Positions 1 to 8,018 of a stretch of 64,000 bases of DNA are shown piece by piece (position 1 is the stretch's first letter; the number at the start of each line of letters is the position of its first letter). The DNA lies in assembly GCA_039030515.1 (NCBI GenBank), contig JBCCEA010000001.1, positions 29,896-93,895 on the forward strand. Direction: 5' to 3'. The notes under the pieces are model-generated. The model worked only from the letters and a program-made list of their open reading frames with translations. It ran no database searches and was not told the origin of the DNA. A program made the translations under genes and the position numbers. Source of the DNA: Myxococcota bacterium (GTDB lineage: Bacteria > Myxococcota_A > Polyangia > Polyangiales > Houyiibacteriaceae).

Positions 1-23
1 CGTGTTCGGCGCATGTATGTGGG

Positions 24-58
24 CAGGGATGAACTGAGACGAACACTCAAGGAAGAGG
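24..58 (+). promoter_or_regulatory. fliC 5' leader with two CsrA-type GGA motifs (CAGGGATGA at 24-32; CAAGGAAGAGG at 48-58, overlapping the SD)
   Basis: Read directly. The second motif overlaps the Shine-Dalgarno 6 nt before ATG 65. The first resembles the CsrA consensus ACARGGAUGU. Confidence 0.4.
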
Positions 59-64
59 TGTACC

Positions 65-916
65 ATGGCGATGACCGTAGTCACGAACGTGCCGTCAATG
101 ACAGCACAGCGAAATCTCAACAAGACGAATAACTCTTTAAATAAGAGCTTACAGCGTCTGTCGAGTGGATTGCGAATAAACACCGCAGCGGATGATGCGG
201 CGGGTCTGGGCATTAGTGAAAAGCTACAGTCTCAGATTCGCAGCATGGCCCAGGCGGAGCGAAACGCGGGTGACGCGGTCAGTCTGTTACAGACTGCCGA
301 GAGCTCGCTAAGCGAAATGAGTGGAATTGTCACCCGCATGCGCGAATTGACGATTCAGGCAGCCAACGACACCGTCGGGTCGACAGAGCGGCAGTTTCTT
401 GACGACGAGCTCACGCAGCTCCGAGACGAGTTTGATCGCATCGCGTCGGTTACGGAGTTCAATGGCACCAAACTCATCGATGGTAGCGTTTCGGGTACCA
501 ACCAGCTCACGTTCCAGGTGGGTACCGGCGCGACCAGCAACGACCGAATCGAGGTCAGCATTGGAACGACAACAGCGGGTTCTGTAGGTACTACCGCTGC
601 TACTTCGGGCTTGAATGCGGTCGGTCTTACGACCCTCACTGCAGCCCAAGGTTCGCTTGCTATCCTTGATGAGGCCATCAGCGATATCTCGACGCAGCGT
701 GCGACGTTGGGCGCGTCGCAAAATCGGATGGAGGTTACGATCTCCAATCTATCCTCTGCTCGAGAGAATCTCTCGGCGGCGAATTCTCGGATTCGCGATG
801 TGGATGTAGCCAGTGAGTCAGCCAATCTGACTCGAGCGAACATCCTGACCCAGGCAGGTGTCTCTGTTCTCGCTCAGGCGAATCAGACTCCTACCCTCGC
901 GTTGTCACTCATCTAA
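65..916 (+). CDS. fliC: flagellin (short, 283 aa)
   Basis: N-terminus NLNKTNNSLNKSLQRLSSGLRINTAADDAAGL and C-terminus TRANILTQAGVSVLAQANQTPTLALSLI are canonical flagellin D0/D1. SD GGAAGAGG lies upstream. Confidence 0.95.
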   Translation: MAMTVVTNVPSMTAQRNLNKTNNSLNKSLQRLSSGLRINTAADDAAGLGISEKLQSQIRSMAQAERNAGDAVSLLQTAESSLSEMSGIVTRMRELTIQAANDTVGSTERQFLDDELTQLRDEFDRIASVTEFNGTKLIDGSVSGTNQLTFQVGTGATSNDRIEVSIGTTTAGSVGTTAATSGLNAVGLTTLTAAQGSLAILDEAISDISTQRATLGASQNRMEVTISNLSSARENLSAANSRIRDVDVASESANLTRANILTQAGVSVLAQANQTPTLALSLI

Positions 917-933
917 TGGGTGCGCGCGAAGCG

Positions 934-961
934 CTCCCGGGACTGATCCCGGTCCCGGGAG
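934..961 (+). terminator. perfect 10-bp-stem GC-rich hairpin after fliC (CTCCCGGGAC-N8-GTCCCGGGAG), no U-tract
   Basis: Inverted repeat read directly, 18 nt after the fliC stop. The missing T-run makes intrinsic termination uncertain. Confidence 0.35.
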
Positions 962-1071
962 CGGGGGCGCGTCTTGAGTACGCTATAAAAAGGCCACGGA
1001 ACCGTCGTAAGATCGCCAAGCTTCTGACAGAGAGCCTGCCCGATTTCCCATGAGTTTTCAGTCGCAAGCGT

Positions 1072-1087
1072 AGGCATGGGGCATGCA
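1072..1087 (+). promoter_or_regulatory. candidate sigma-54 promoter (aGGCAT-N5-aTGCA) upstream of fliD
   Basis: GG and GC are spaced as in TGGCAC-N5-TTGCW. It lies about 45 nt before the TTG start at 1130, which has AGGAG 6 nt upstream. Confidence 0.35.
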
Positions 1088-1129
1088 TCACAGCGTCTGC
1101 AATCGAACCTCAAGGTTTAGGAGCGTTCC

Positions 1130-2494
1130 TTGACTCAGCCCCTTGCATCATTTTCCGGATTGGCCTCCGGACTCGACACATCTTCACTTATCGCCCAGCT
1201 GGTCGAAGTCGAAAGCCTTCCCATCGTACGGATGGAGGATCAAAAGGCCGACTACGAATCGATGAGTCGGCGGATTACCGATATCGCTGGTGAAGTCGAA
1301 AACACGCGCACTGAGATCAAAAAGCTCGAAACCGAAGACGATATCCTGACCTATACGGGAACCAGCAGCGACAGCACCAAGGTCGGTGTGACTGCCACAT
1401 CTCTCGCTGTTCCCGGTCAATATACGGTACAGGTTTCGGCCCTTGCTGCGGCTCAGTCGAACGTTTCAGACGGTTTTTCAGATGCCGATACAGTAGGCCT
1501 TTTCGGCACAGGGGACCTCGCCATACAAGTCGGTACCGATACTGCTGTGACAATTAGCATCGACGGTACCGATACTTTGAATACTGTAGCTTCTAAGATT
1601 AATGATTCAGATGCTCGGGCTATCGCATCGGTGATCTTCGATGGAAGTACGTATCGACTACAGGTGGTTGGAGAGGATACCGGAGTTGCGAATACTGTGA
1701 GTTACACAGAGGGTGGATCTCTTGCCTTTGACTTCGAAGGTACTTCTGGTGGCTTAAGCAATCAGCTTGTTGCGGCTGTCGACGCCGCCTTTTCGGTAAA
1801 TGGCCTTGCAATGACCCGAAGTTCAAACGCGGTAGATAGCGCTATTCCGGGATTTCGACTGAATCTGTCGGACACGACCACAAGTGCGGTGACCATATCC
1901 GTAGCCCAGGACACTTCGGCGCTTTCGGGCAATGTTCAAGGTTTCGTAGATAAATTTAACTTCATGATGGATCTCATCGACCAGGAACTGCTTTTTGACG
2001 GTACTGTTCGATTGGGGGATTCGTTGCGCGGAGATTCGGCTCTTCGGAGCACTCAGGAGCAGTTTCGTTTGCTCATAGTTTCACAGGTAAACGGACTTTC
2101 CGGCGAGTATGATACTTTTGCTCAGCTGGGAGTGAGTATCGATCAGACAGGAACACTTACTTTCGACTCGGCCATGCTAAGTACCGCACTTACGGATGAT
2201 CCCGATTCGGTTGTCGAGTTTTTCACGGGAAATGATACCGCCGACGGCTTTGTCAGCCTCTTTGATTCACTTACGGATACCTACACCAACGCCGACAATG
2301 GAGTTCTGACGGCGCGAACCGATGGACTCGCGGACCGAGTTACCGATTTGGATGATCAAATCGCGAGAACTCAGACTCGGATCGACGCTTATGAAGCGCG
2401 CTTGCGTCGGCAATACACGAATTTGGAGACTACGGTGAGCAGTCTTCAAAGCCAGGGCGATCAGCTTCTGGCTGCTTTGGGATCGGTCAGCTAG
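1130..2494 (+). CDS. fliD: flagellar filament cap protein (HAP2)
   Basis: N-terminus FSGLASGLDTSSLIAQLVEVESLPI and C-terminus RIDAYEARLRRQYTNLETTVSSLQSQ are typical FliD. Sits between fliC and fliS. Confidence 0.9.
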   Translation: MTQPLASFSGLASGLDTSSLIAQLVEVESLPIVRMEDQKADYESMSRRITDIAGEVENTRTEIKKLETEDDILTYTGTSSDSTKVGVTATSLAVPGQYTVQVSALAAAQSNVSDGFSDADTVGLFGTGDLAIQVGTDTAVTISIDGTDTLNTVASKINDSDARAIASVIFDGSTYRLQVVGEDTGVANTVSYTEGGSLAFDFEGTSGGLSNQLVAAVDAAFSVNGLAMTRSSNAVDSAIPGFRLNLSDTTTSAVTISVAQDTSALSGNVQGFVDKFNFMMDLIDQELLFDGTVRLGDSLRGDSALRSTQEQFRLLIVSQVNGLSGEYDTFAQLGVSIDQTGTLTFDSAMLSTALTDDPDSVVEFFTGNDTADGFVSLFDSLTDTYTNADNGVLTARTDGLADRVTDLDDQIARTQTRIDAYEARLRRQYTNLETTVSSLQSQGDQLLAALGSVS

Positions 2495-2510
2495 GAGGAG
2501 CGGTATTTCC

Positions 2511-2906
2511 ATGTCCTTTGGTCTCGCACAATATCGAACAGCCCGTGTGCAAACTGCTTCGCCAGTGAGCCTCCTCGTGCAACTCTATGATGCCGCGTTG
2601 AAGCATTTGGGGTCGGCCAAAGAGGCGATAGCGGATGGTGATCACGCAGCGAAAGGGCTCGCTATCGGGAAGGCGCATCGAATCGTTACCGAGCTTCAGG
2701 CCACGCTTGATCATGAAAAAGCCCCGGAGATCGCGGAGCAGCTCGACCGACTCTACGACTTTGTGCTTCATCGAATCGGGGTTGCTAACTTCAAAAACGA
2801 TGCAAATTCGATCGACGAAGCGGCTTTGGTCATGGATACGTTGCGAGGCGCCTGGGTTGAGATCGCTCAGAGCGGGGAGCAGCCTCAGGTCAAGGTCGTC
2901 AAATGA
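2511..2906 (+). CDS. fliS: flagellin-specific export chaperone
   Basis: AQYRTARVQTASPVSLLVQLYDAALKHL and EQLDRLYDFVLHRI match the FliS family pattern. 131 aa. Confidence 0.9.
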   Translation: MSFGLAQYRTARVQTASPVSLLVQLYDAALKHLGSAKEAIADGDHAAKGLAIGKAHRIVTELQATLDHEKAPEIAEQLDRLYDFVLHRIGVANFKNDANSIDEAALVMDTLRGAWVEIAQSGEQPQVKVVK

Positions 2907-3244
2907 ATACCGTGGTTTCAATTCTGGAGGCCGTTGAAGCACTCGCCTCTCAGGATCCGGCGGCCTTGACGTTCGAGCAATTTGACGCGCTGGTCACGCA
3001 GCGGGAAGTACTGGTGACACAGCTGGCGAAAGCGATTCGGCAAACGCCTCCGGAGACACCGGAGGTGCAGGATCGCGTGCTCGCTCTGGTCACGCAAGGA
3101 ACGCATCTTCAGCAGGTTGCAAATCTACGGATCGAGGAGATTCAGGCTGCCCTTCACAAAGTGCAGCAAGGCAGGCAGATGCTTCGCGGATATCGGCCTG
3201 GTCGCGGAGAGAGGCTGCGAGGTGCAGTTCGGAACTCTGCCTAG
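2903..3244 (+). CDS. hypothetical helical protein coupled to fliS (possible FliT/FlgN-like chaperone)
   Basis: ATGA overlap with the fliS stop. 113 aa, helical and Gln-rich, ending QQGRQMLRGY. The function is only inferred from position. Confidence 0.5.
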   Translation: MNTVVSILEAVEALASQDPAALTFEQFDALVTQREVLVTQLAKAIRQTPPETPEVQDRVLALVTQGTHLQQVANLRIEEIQAALHKVQQGRQMLRGYRPGRGERLRGAVRNSA

Positions 3245-3767
3245 GGTTTTTATACGGCCTAGCGTTTTTGTATTCGCACTTATAGTGCAATGCATGCTGT
3301 CTTCAGAAGTCTTGGCTCAGCAACGTCGCTTTGGTGTGACCTTTGATTCGGGTTCGGGCATCTCTATGGCTTCCGGACAGGAAGATGTTGTCACGCGTCG
3401 AACTCCGATATTTCTGGATGCCGGTGTGCGAACTTTTGTCGACACAAGACCTGAGCTTGCCTACGCGGGAGCCCTCAGAGTCGAGGTCGATGGCCGCGCG
3501 AGCGTGGGAGTGGTGGCTCGGGTGGAGTACTCGGTTCCGCTCACTCGGAGCCTCACCTTCAGGCCTCAGGGAGGTCTGAATCTATTTTTGGCACCGTTCA
3601 GCATGTTCGGCCCTGAGCTTGGTTTCGCGTTGCGCCTCGCGCTCGATCCCAAAGCAGCCCTGGTCGCGCGCGGGCTTATCGACGGCTATCTATGGGGCAG
3701 CGATGTGCCCGACGATACGGCGGTAGTCATGATCAACGGCACGCTCGGATTAGAGCTGCTTTTATGA
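3222..3767 (+). CDS. putative secreted / outer-membrane beta-strand-rich protein
   Basis: GTG 3222 preceded by GGAGAGAGG. Signal-like RVFIRPSVFVFALIVQCMLSSEVLA-QQ. Alternating hydrophobic pattern thereafter. The ATG at 3117 would overlap the upstream gene by 128 nt. Confidence 0.45.
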   Translation: MQFGTLPRVFIRPSVFVFALIVQCMLSSEVLAQQRRFGVTFDSGSGISMASGQEDVVTRRTPIFLDAGVRTFVDTRPELAYAGALRVEVDGRASVGVVARVEYSVPLTRSLTFRPQGGLNLFLAPFSMFGPELGFALRLALDPKAALVARGLIDGYLWGSDVPDDTAVVMINGTLGLELLL

Positions 3768-4240
3768 AAGGTGTCCGCAGAACCGTCCGCAGCTCAGGCT
3801 TTGCCCGAGTTGCGTTTCTGGTGATTTTGGAGGTCTCGCTGTGGTCGGTTTCGGCGTGCGGTGACTCTTGCGTTCGACATAGCGACTGCCCGGGAGATCA
3901 AGAGTGTGTTGTGGGTGTGTGCACAATTTTGGCATCCGAGGCGTCGGTTGGGGATGCCAGTCAGGAGGCTGGATCGATCGATGGAGCGGCCGGCGGCGAG
4001 GGCGGAGTTGTGGACGCCACCGTACTGGTCGATTCGGCGGTTGTGGATTCAGCGGTCGATGGAGCGGCCGGCGGCGAGGGCGGAGTTGTGGACGCCACCG
4101 TACTGGTCGATTCGGCGGTTGTGGATTCAGCGGTCGATGCCGCGGCGACGGATGCAGGGCTGAACGACGCTACGCCAAGCGATGCATCGAGCGATGCTGG
4201 CGCAGTCGACGGAGGCGCTGCGGATTCGGCAGCTTCGTAG
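3764..4240 (+). CDS. Cys-rich lipoprotein with acidic Ala/Asp/Val repeat
   Basis: ATGA overlap with the upstream stop. Lipobox LWSVSA-C, then CGDSCVRHSDCPGDQECVVGVC, then a duplicated 26-aa unit. Confidence 0.6.
   Translation: MKGVRRTVRSSGFARVAFLVILEVSLWSVSACGDSCVRHSDCPGDQECVVGVCTILASEASVGDASQEAGSIDGAAGGEGGVVDATVLVDSAVVDSAVDGAAGGEGGVVDATVLVDSAVVDSAVDAAATDAGLNDATPSDASSDAGAVDGGAADSAAS
3980..4135. repeat. perfect 78-bp tandem duplication (2 copies) inside the lipoprotein gene
   Basis: GATGGAGCGGCCGGCGGCGAGGGCGGAGTTGTGGACGCC... repeats exactly with period 78, giving the 26-aa unit DGAAGGEGGVVDATVLVDSAVVDSAV twice. Confidence 0.9.
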
Positions 4241-4346
4241 TCGACCGATATCGTGATCGACCGATAGGTCCTCTCAGAGAATCGCGGCGAGTTGATCGAA
4301 TAACCCCGAGAAACCAAGCACAGATGTTCGAAGGGTCACTCAATCC

Positions 4347-5249
4347 TCATTCCCAATCTGCGACCTTTGCACGAATTTGCTTTTCGAGTGCAGCTCGCAC
4401 GTCGTTTGAAATACCGAGGCCATGCCACGACTGGTGCACCTCTTCCTGAGGAGTGTAGTCCGCGTTGTCGAGGAGCGGGATTCCAAACCCCTCTCCTCGA
4501 ACGAGGTCGTCGGCAATGGTGACGATCGCCGCCAGCGGGTTGATACGCCCATCCATGCGCGGGCAGTGGTGATGCTCGACGATCCACCGGATTTCATCGG
4601 AAAGTTCCCAGGCCTTGCAGACCGCACCGCCGGCGTGCTCATGGGCGCTGTCGATCGCCGATGCGAGTAGATCTGCGCTCAAGTCGTCCAGGTCTTTGAG
4701 TTTTGGACTGTCGACGATCGCTAAGGCGGCAGCCGTACCCATGTCGTGCAGCAGACCGCAGAGGAAGAGATGGTCTGATGGATATTGCGTCTGGTCGGAG
4801 AGAAACTGACAGGCTCGGGCCACCTTGATGCTGTGGTCCTTGACGGAATTCATGACCTCTCCGTACCGCTTGCTTCGAAAGAGGGTAGATTCCATCGCCA
4901 CGATCCAAACCAGGTTCTGGATCTCTTTGAGACCTAGCCGCATGCACGCATCTTTCAGGCTTCGCGGCGCTACCTTGGTTTTGTACATCGGAGAGGCAGC
5001 GCGATGAAGCATGCTGGCTGCGATCATCGGATCGGTGGAAATCAGCTCGATGATCTCCTCCATCCCGACGTTGGGTCGCTTGATCAGTGCATTGACCTCC
5101 AGAGCGACCTTCGGCAGTAGGGGCGGACGGTAGTCTTCTCTACGAAAGAGCGCCAAAATCCGCTCGGTTGGATCGTCAAAGAGCGAGGCGTCGGCTTCGT
5201 TTACGCTGTGTATGCCCCGTCCATAGTTTGGGTTCATCCTCGCTTTCAA
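4347..5249 (-). CDS. HDOD domain protein
   Basis: LLPKVALEVNALIKRPNVGMEEIIELISTDPMIAASMLHRAASPMY and GLLHDMG match the HDOD pattern. TTG start with AGGAGG 8 nt upstream. Confidence 0.8.
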   Translation of the reverse strand: MKARMNPNYGRGIHSVNEADASLFDDPTERILALFRREDYRPPLLPKVALEVNALIKRPNVGMEEIIELISTDPMIAASMLHRAASPMYKTKVAPRSLKDACMRLGLKEIQNLVWIVAMESTLFRSKRYGEVMNSVKDHSIKVARACQFLSDQTQYPSDHLFLCGLLHDMGTAAALAIVDSPKLKDLDDLSADLLASAIDSAHEHAGGAVCKAWELSDEIRWIVEHHHCPRMDGRINPLAAIVTIADDLVRGEGFGIPLLDNADYTPQEEVHQSWHGLGISNDVRAALEKQIRAKVADWE

Positions 5250-5353
5250 ATTACATTCCTCCTTTGAATGAAGGAGCCCAGGCGATCCGCATTTCTATGG
5301 GAAACGGCGAGTTGATCGAGAACTAAAGCCGATGTCCTTTTTTTGCGCCTCCT

Positions 5354-6472
5354 TTAGCGAGACGCGAGCTTCAATGCTCGCACCAAATCGCTTGCGTTGT
5401 TGGCGACGGCCTGTGCGGTTTGCGTCGCGATCACGCCGTCCCGCACCAGGCGGATCAACATCCGATCAAAAGAGTGAGAGCCTACCTCGCTGGAGCACGT
5501 GTCGAGTGCGGCAGCCAGGCCCCGGAGACGACTCCCGTCTCGAATGCACTCCATGATGGTTGGGGCTGGAACGAGGATTTCGGTGGCAAGCACCAGTTCG
5601 CTGCCCCCTCGTTTGGGGATGAGTCTTTGGGACACGATCGCGCTGAGGCAGTCTGCAAGTCGTTGACGGGTCGCGTCGCGCTGATCTTCCCCGTAGAAGT
5701 TGACGATTCGTGAGATCGCTCGCGTGGCGTCCTTGCTGTGCATCGTCGACACGACGAGTCGGCCTGACTCTGCGGCGGTGATGGCGACGTTGATGTCTTG
5801 ATGGTTTCGGAGCTCTCCGATGAAGATCACGTCCGGGTCTTCACGCAGGGCGCCTTCCAGTCCCTCTTCGAAAGAATCGACATCTCTGCCCACCTCGCGC
5901 TGCGAGAATCCCGAGTTGACATCTTTGAAGACAAACTCGATCGGGTCTTCGATGGTGACGATATGTTTCGAGGTCGTTTTGTTGATGTACTCGAGCATCG
6001 AAGCGATCGTGGTTGACTTGCCGTTCCGAGTGGCTCCGGTGACCAGGATCAGACCTCGGTTCTGCATTGCGATGCGCTTCATCACCGGTGGAAGTCGCAG
6101 GCTCGTGAAGTCTGGAATCTCGCTTGGAATGTTTCTGGCGATGAGGCCGAGCGTCCCGTTTTGCTTGTAGAGATGGCAGCGAATGCGGGTCACGTTCGGT
6201 ATCTGACATGAAAAGTCGCACTGGTTGCGCTTGATGAGATCGAGAGAGATCCCTGCCCATCGCGCAAGCGCACTCGCTCCTCCGGTGATCGTGGCCTCGT
6301 CGAGCGGGGGGTGGTCGAGAGGACAGAGCTGACCTCGAATACGGACCATCGGGGTAGCGGCGGCCCGAAGGTGGATGTCGGAGGCTCCGGCGGCGAGCGC
6401 GCCCTTTAGAATTCTCAGTACCGTTTCCTGCGCTTTGTAGTTCTCACCCTCGCTCGGCGTGGCCGCCTTCAC
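5354..6472 (-). CDS. PilT/PilU-family type IV pilus retraction-type ATPase (variant Walker A GATRNGKST)
   Basis: Motifs seen: ASDIHL, Walker A GATRNGKST, Asp box IVTIEDPIEF, Walker B DPDVIFIGELR, His box VVSTMHSKDA. Confidence 0.9.
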   Translation of the reverse strand: MKAATPSEGENYKAQETVLRILKGALAAGASDIHLRAAATPMVRIRGQLCPLDHPPLDEATITGGASALARWAGISLDLIKRNQCDFSCQIPNVTRIRCHLYKQNGTLGLIARNIPSEIPDFTSLRLPPVMKRIAMQNRGLILVTGATRNGKSTTIASMLEYINKTTSKHIVTIEDPIEFVFKDVNSGFSQREVGRDVDSFEEGLEGALREDPDVIFIGELRNHQDINVAITAAESGRLVVSTMHSKDATRAISRIVNFYGEDQRDATRQRLADCLSAIVSQRLIPKRGGSELVLATEILVPAPTIMECIRDGSRLRGLAAALDTCSSEVGSHSFDRMLIRLVRDGVIATQTAQAVANNASDLVRALKLASR

Positions 6473-7932
6473 GACTTTGCCATTTCAACCCGATTGCGAC
6501 CCGCGTTTTTGGCGGCGTAGAGCGCTCGGTCGGCGTTTTCGATCAGTTCCTCTGGGTTTTCTGCCGCAAGTCTCGAGTCACAGGTGACGCCGAGGCTCGC
6601 GGTAACCCGCAGCGGTTCGCCATGATAGTCGACCACTTTGGCCTCGATGGCTTCCCGCATCTCTTCCGCAAGTCGGGCTGCCTCTTTGGCTTCGGTGTTC
6701 GGCATGATGACGCAGAACTCTTCTCCGCCAAATCGGGCCGGAAAGTCGGACTTCCGCAGATGGTCCTTCAGCGCTGCGGCGACCGAGCTGAGCACGAGGT
6801 CGCCGGCCTGGTGCCCATGGGTATCGTTGAACGCCTTGAAGTGGTCTACGTCGATCATGGCGACTGCGAGGGGGAGGCCTCTCTTACGGCTGCGCTCGAA
6901 CTCCCTTGTGATCGTTTCATCGAGGGCTCTTTTGTTCGGCAGTTTGGTCAGCGCATCGCTCAAGGCCATCGTCTTGAGTACTTGGTTGGCTCGCCTCAGT
7001 TCCGTCGCAAGCACTTCTTTTTCTTCGAGCAGGCGTTCAAGTCGGCGCACCGCACCTTCGTACTGTACGTTCAGCTGGAAGAGCTCTTCGGCGGCGTCCT
7101 TGATCAAGTCTTCGAGATTTGCCTGAGGCCTAAGGGTACGTTCAAAGTCTCGCGCGCATTCTTCAACTTTTATGGGTATCGAGTTAAGTAGTTCCTCGAT
7201 TATTTGCTCATCAAGCGCAAGGTGAACCCCTGCTTCGATCGCTTGCGCTCGTAGTTTGTGGGTAGGGCCTCCTTCAAAAACGGCCGCAAGGCGTTCTGCC
7301 GCCCAGCTCAATCGCGCGAGCTTGTCCTCTGGAGGTTCGAGTTGGTGATGGCATTCGATAGCGAGGGCGGTCGCCTGAGGCATGCCGTATTCCCGGGCGA
7401 GGCGAGCGCCTTTTTCAGGGTGCGCCATCCATCCTTCGGCACGCTCTTGAGTAGGACGGTGCAGCGCCGGTGAAGCCGCAAGGGCTGCGGCACGACTCAA
7501 ATCGGTTCGCGCATGAGAGAGCAGCCCGAGTTCCAGCAGGAGTCCCGTGGTGAATACCTCCGACTCGTCAGGATAATGCACGGCATGGGCAAGCTGCGCG
7601 ATCGCTACCGCCCGACGAAGACAGCACGCCAAGAGCTGTCTTCCTTCTGGGGTATCGGGCGCCATATCGGTGACGGCGATGTTTAATGCGAGGTTGCGAA
7701 TGCCGCGCACCCCGAGTACCGCACAAGCACGTCGAATGTCGGTCACCTTACTACGACGTAGGAGTAAGGGGCTGTTGACCAGGGACAGGACCCGGACGGT
7801 GAAGGCCGGATCGCTCTGTATCAGTCCTGCAACGTACGGCAGGGAGCAATCCGGCTGCATGGCCGCACTCACGATCTGCACCGCTAGGGCAGATATGGGT
7901 GAGCTAGTTTGTGAATCGGTATGCCCGGTCAT
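6469..7932 (-). CDS. HDOD-coiled coil-GGDEF diguanylate cyclase (GGEEF active site, RxxD I-site present)
   Basis: N-terminal HDOD (SLPYVAGLIQSDPAFTVRVLSLVNSPL). C-terminal DVDHFKAFNDTHGHQAGD, then RKSD-x5-GGEEF. 4-nt overlap with the pilT-like gene. Confidence 0.9.
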   Translation of the reverse strand: MTGHTDSQTSSPISALAVQIVSAAMQPDCSLPYVAGLIQSDPAFTVRVLSLVNSPLLLRRSKVTDIRRACAVLGVRGIRNLALNIAVTDMAPDTPEGRQLLACCLRRAVAIAQLAHAVHYPDESEVFTTGLLLELGLLSHARTDLSRAAALAASPALHRPTQERAEGWMAHPEKGARLAREYGMPQATALAIECHHQLEPPEDKLARLSWAAERLAAVFEGGPTHKLRAQAIEAGVHLALDEQIIEELLNSIPIKVEECARDFERTLRPQANLEDLIKDAAEELFQLNVQYEGAVRRLERLLEEKEVLATELRRANQVLKTMALSDALTKLPNKRALDETITREFERSRKRGLPLAVAMIDVDHFKAFNDTHGHQAGDLVLSSVAAALKDHLRKSDFPARFGGEEFCVIMPNTEAKEAARLAEEMREAIEAKVVDYHGEPLRVTASLGVTCDSRLAAENPEELIENADRALYAAKNAGRNRVEMAKS

Positions 7933-8018
7933 GAGGCGGCATCACTCCCACATCCCAGGTTTACGTCCATTTGGGGACAAACTGGACCCCTCGGCGTAGA
8001 GGGTCGTTCGTATTTTTT

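Noticed and set aside
308-843. Long antisense or out-of-frame ORFs inside fliC (308-721, 355-843, 399-587, 615-809). Similar shadow ORFs occur throughout, e.g. 10655-11521 in flgK, 12695-13441, 38335-39099, 42521-43249 and 53142-53999.
   Set aside because: They overlap genes with strong family signatures and have Arg/Ser/Pro/Ala-rich low-complexity translations. This is typical of off-frame ORFs in GC-rich DNA.
960-1000. Possible sigma-28 promoter (TAAA-N15-tcgtaaga) upstream of fliD.
   Set aside because: Only about 3 of 8 positions match the GCCGATAA -10 consensus, which is too weak to report.
3117-3221. ATG 3117 as the start of the secreted beta-rich protein.
   Set aside because: It would overlap the preceding gene by 128 nt and add a non-signal-like N-terminus. 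GTG 3222, with an upstream GGAGAGAGG, gives a proper signal peptide.
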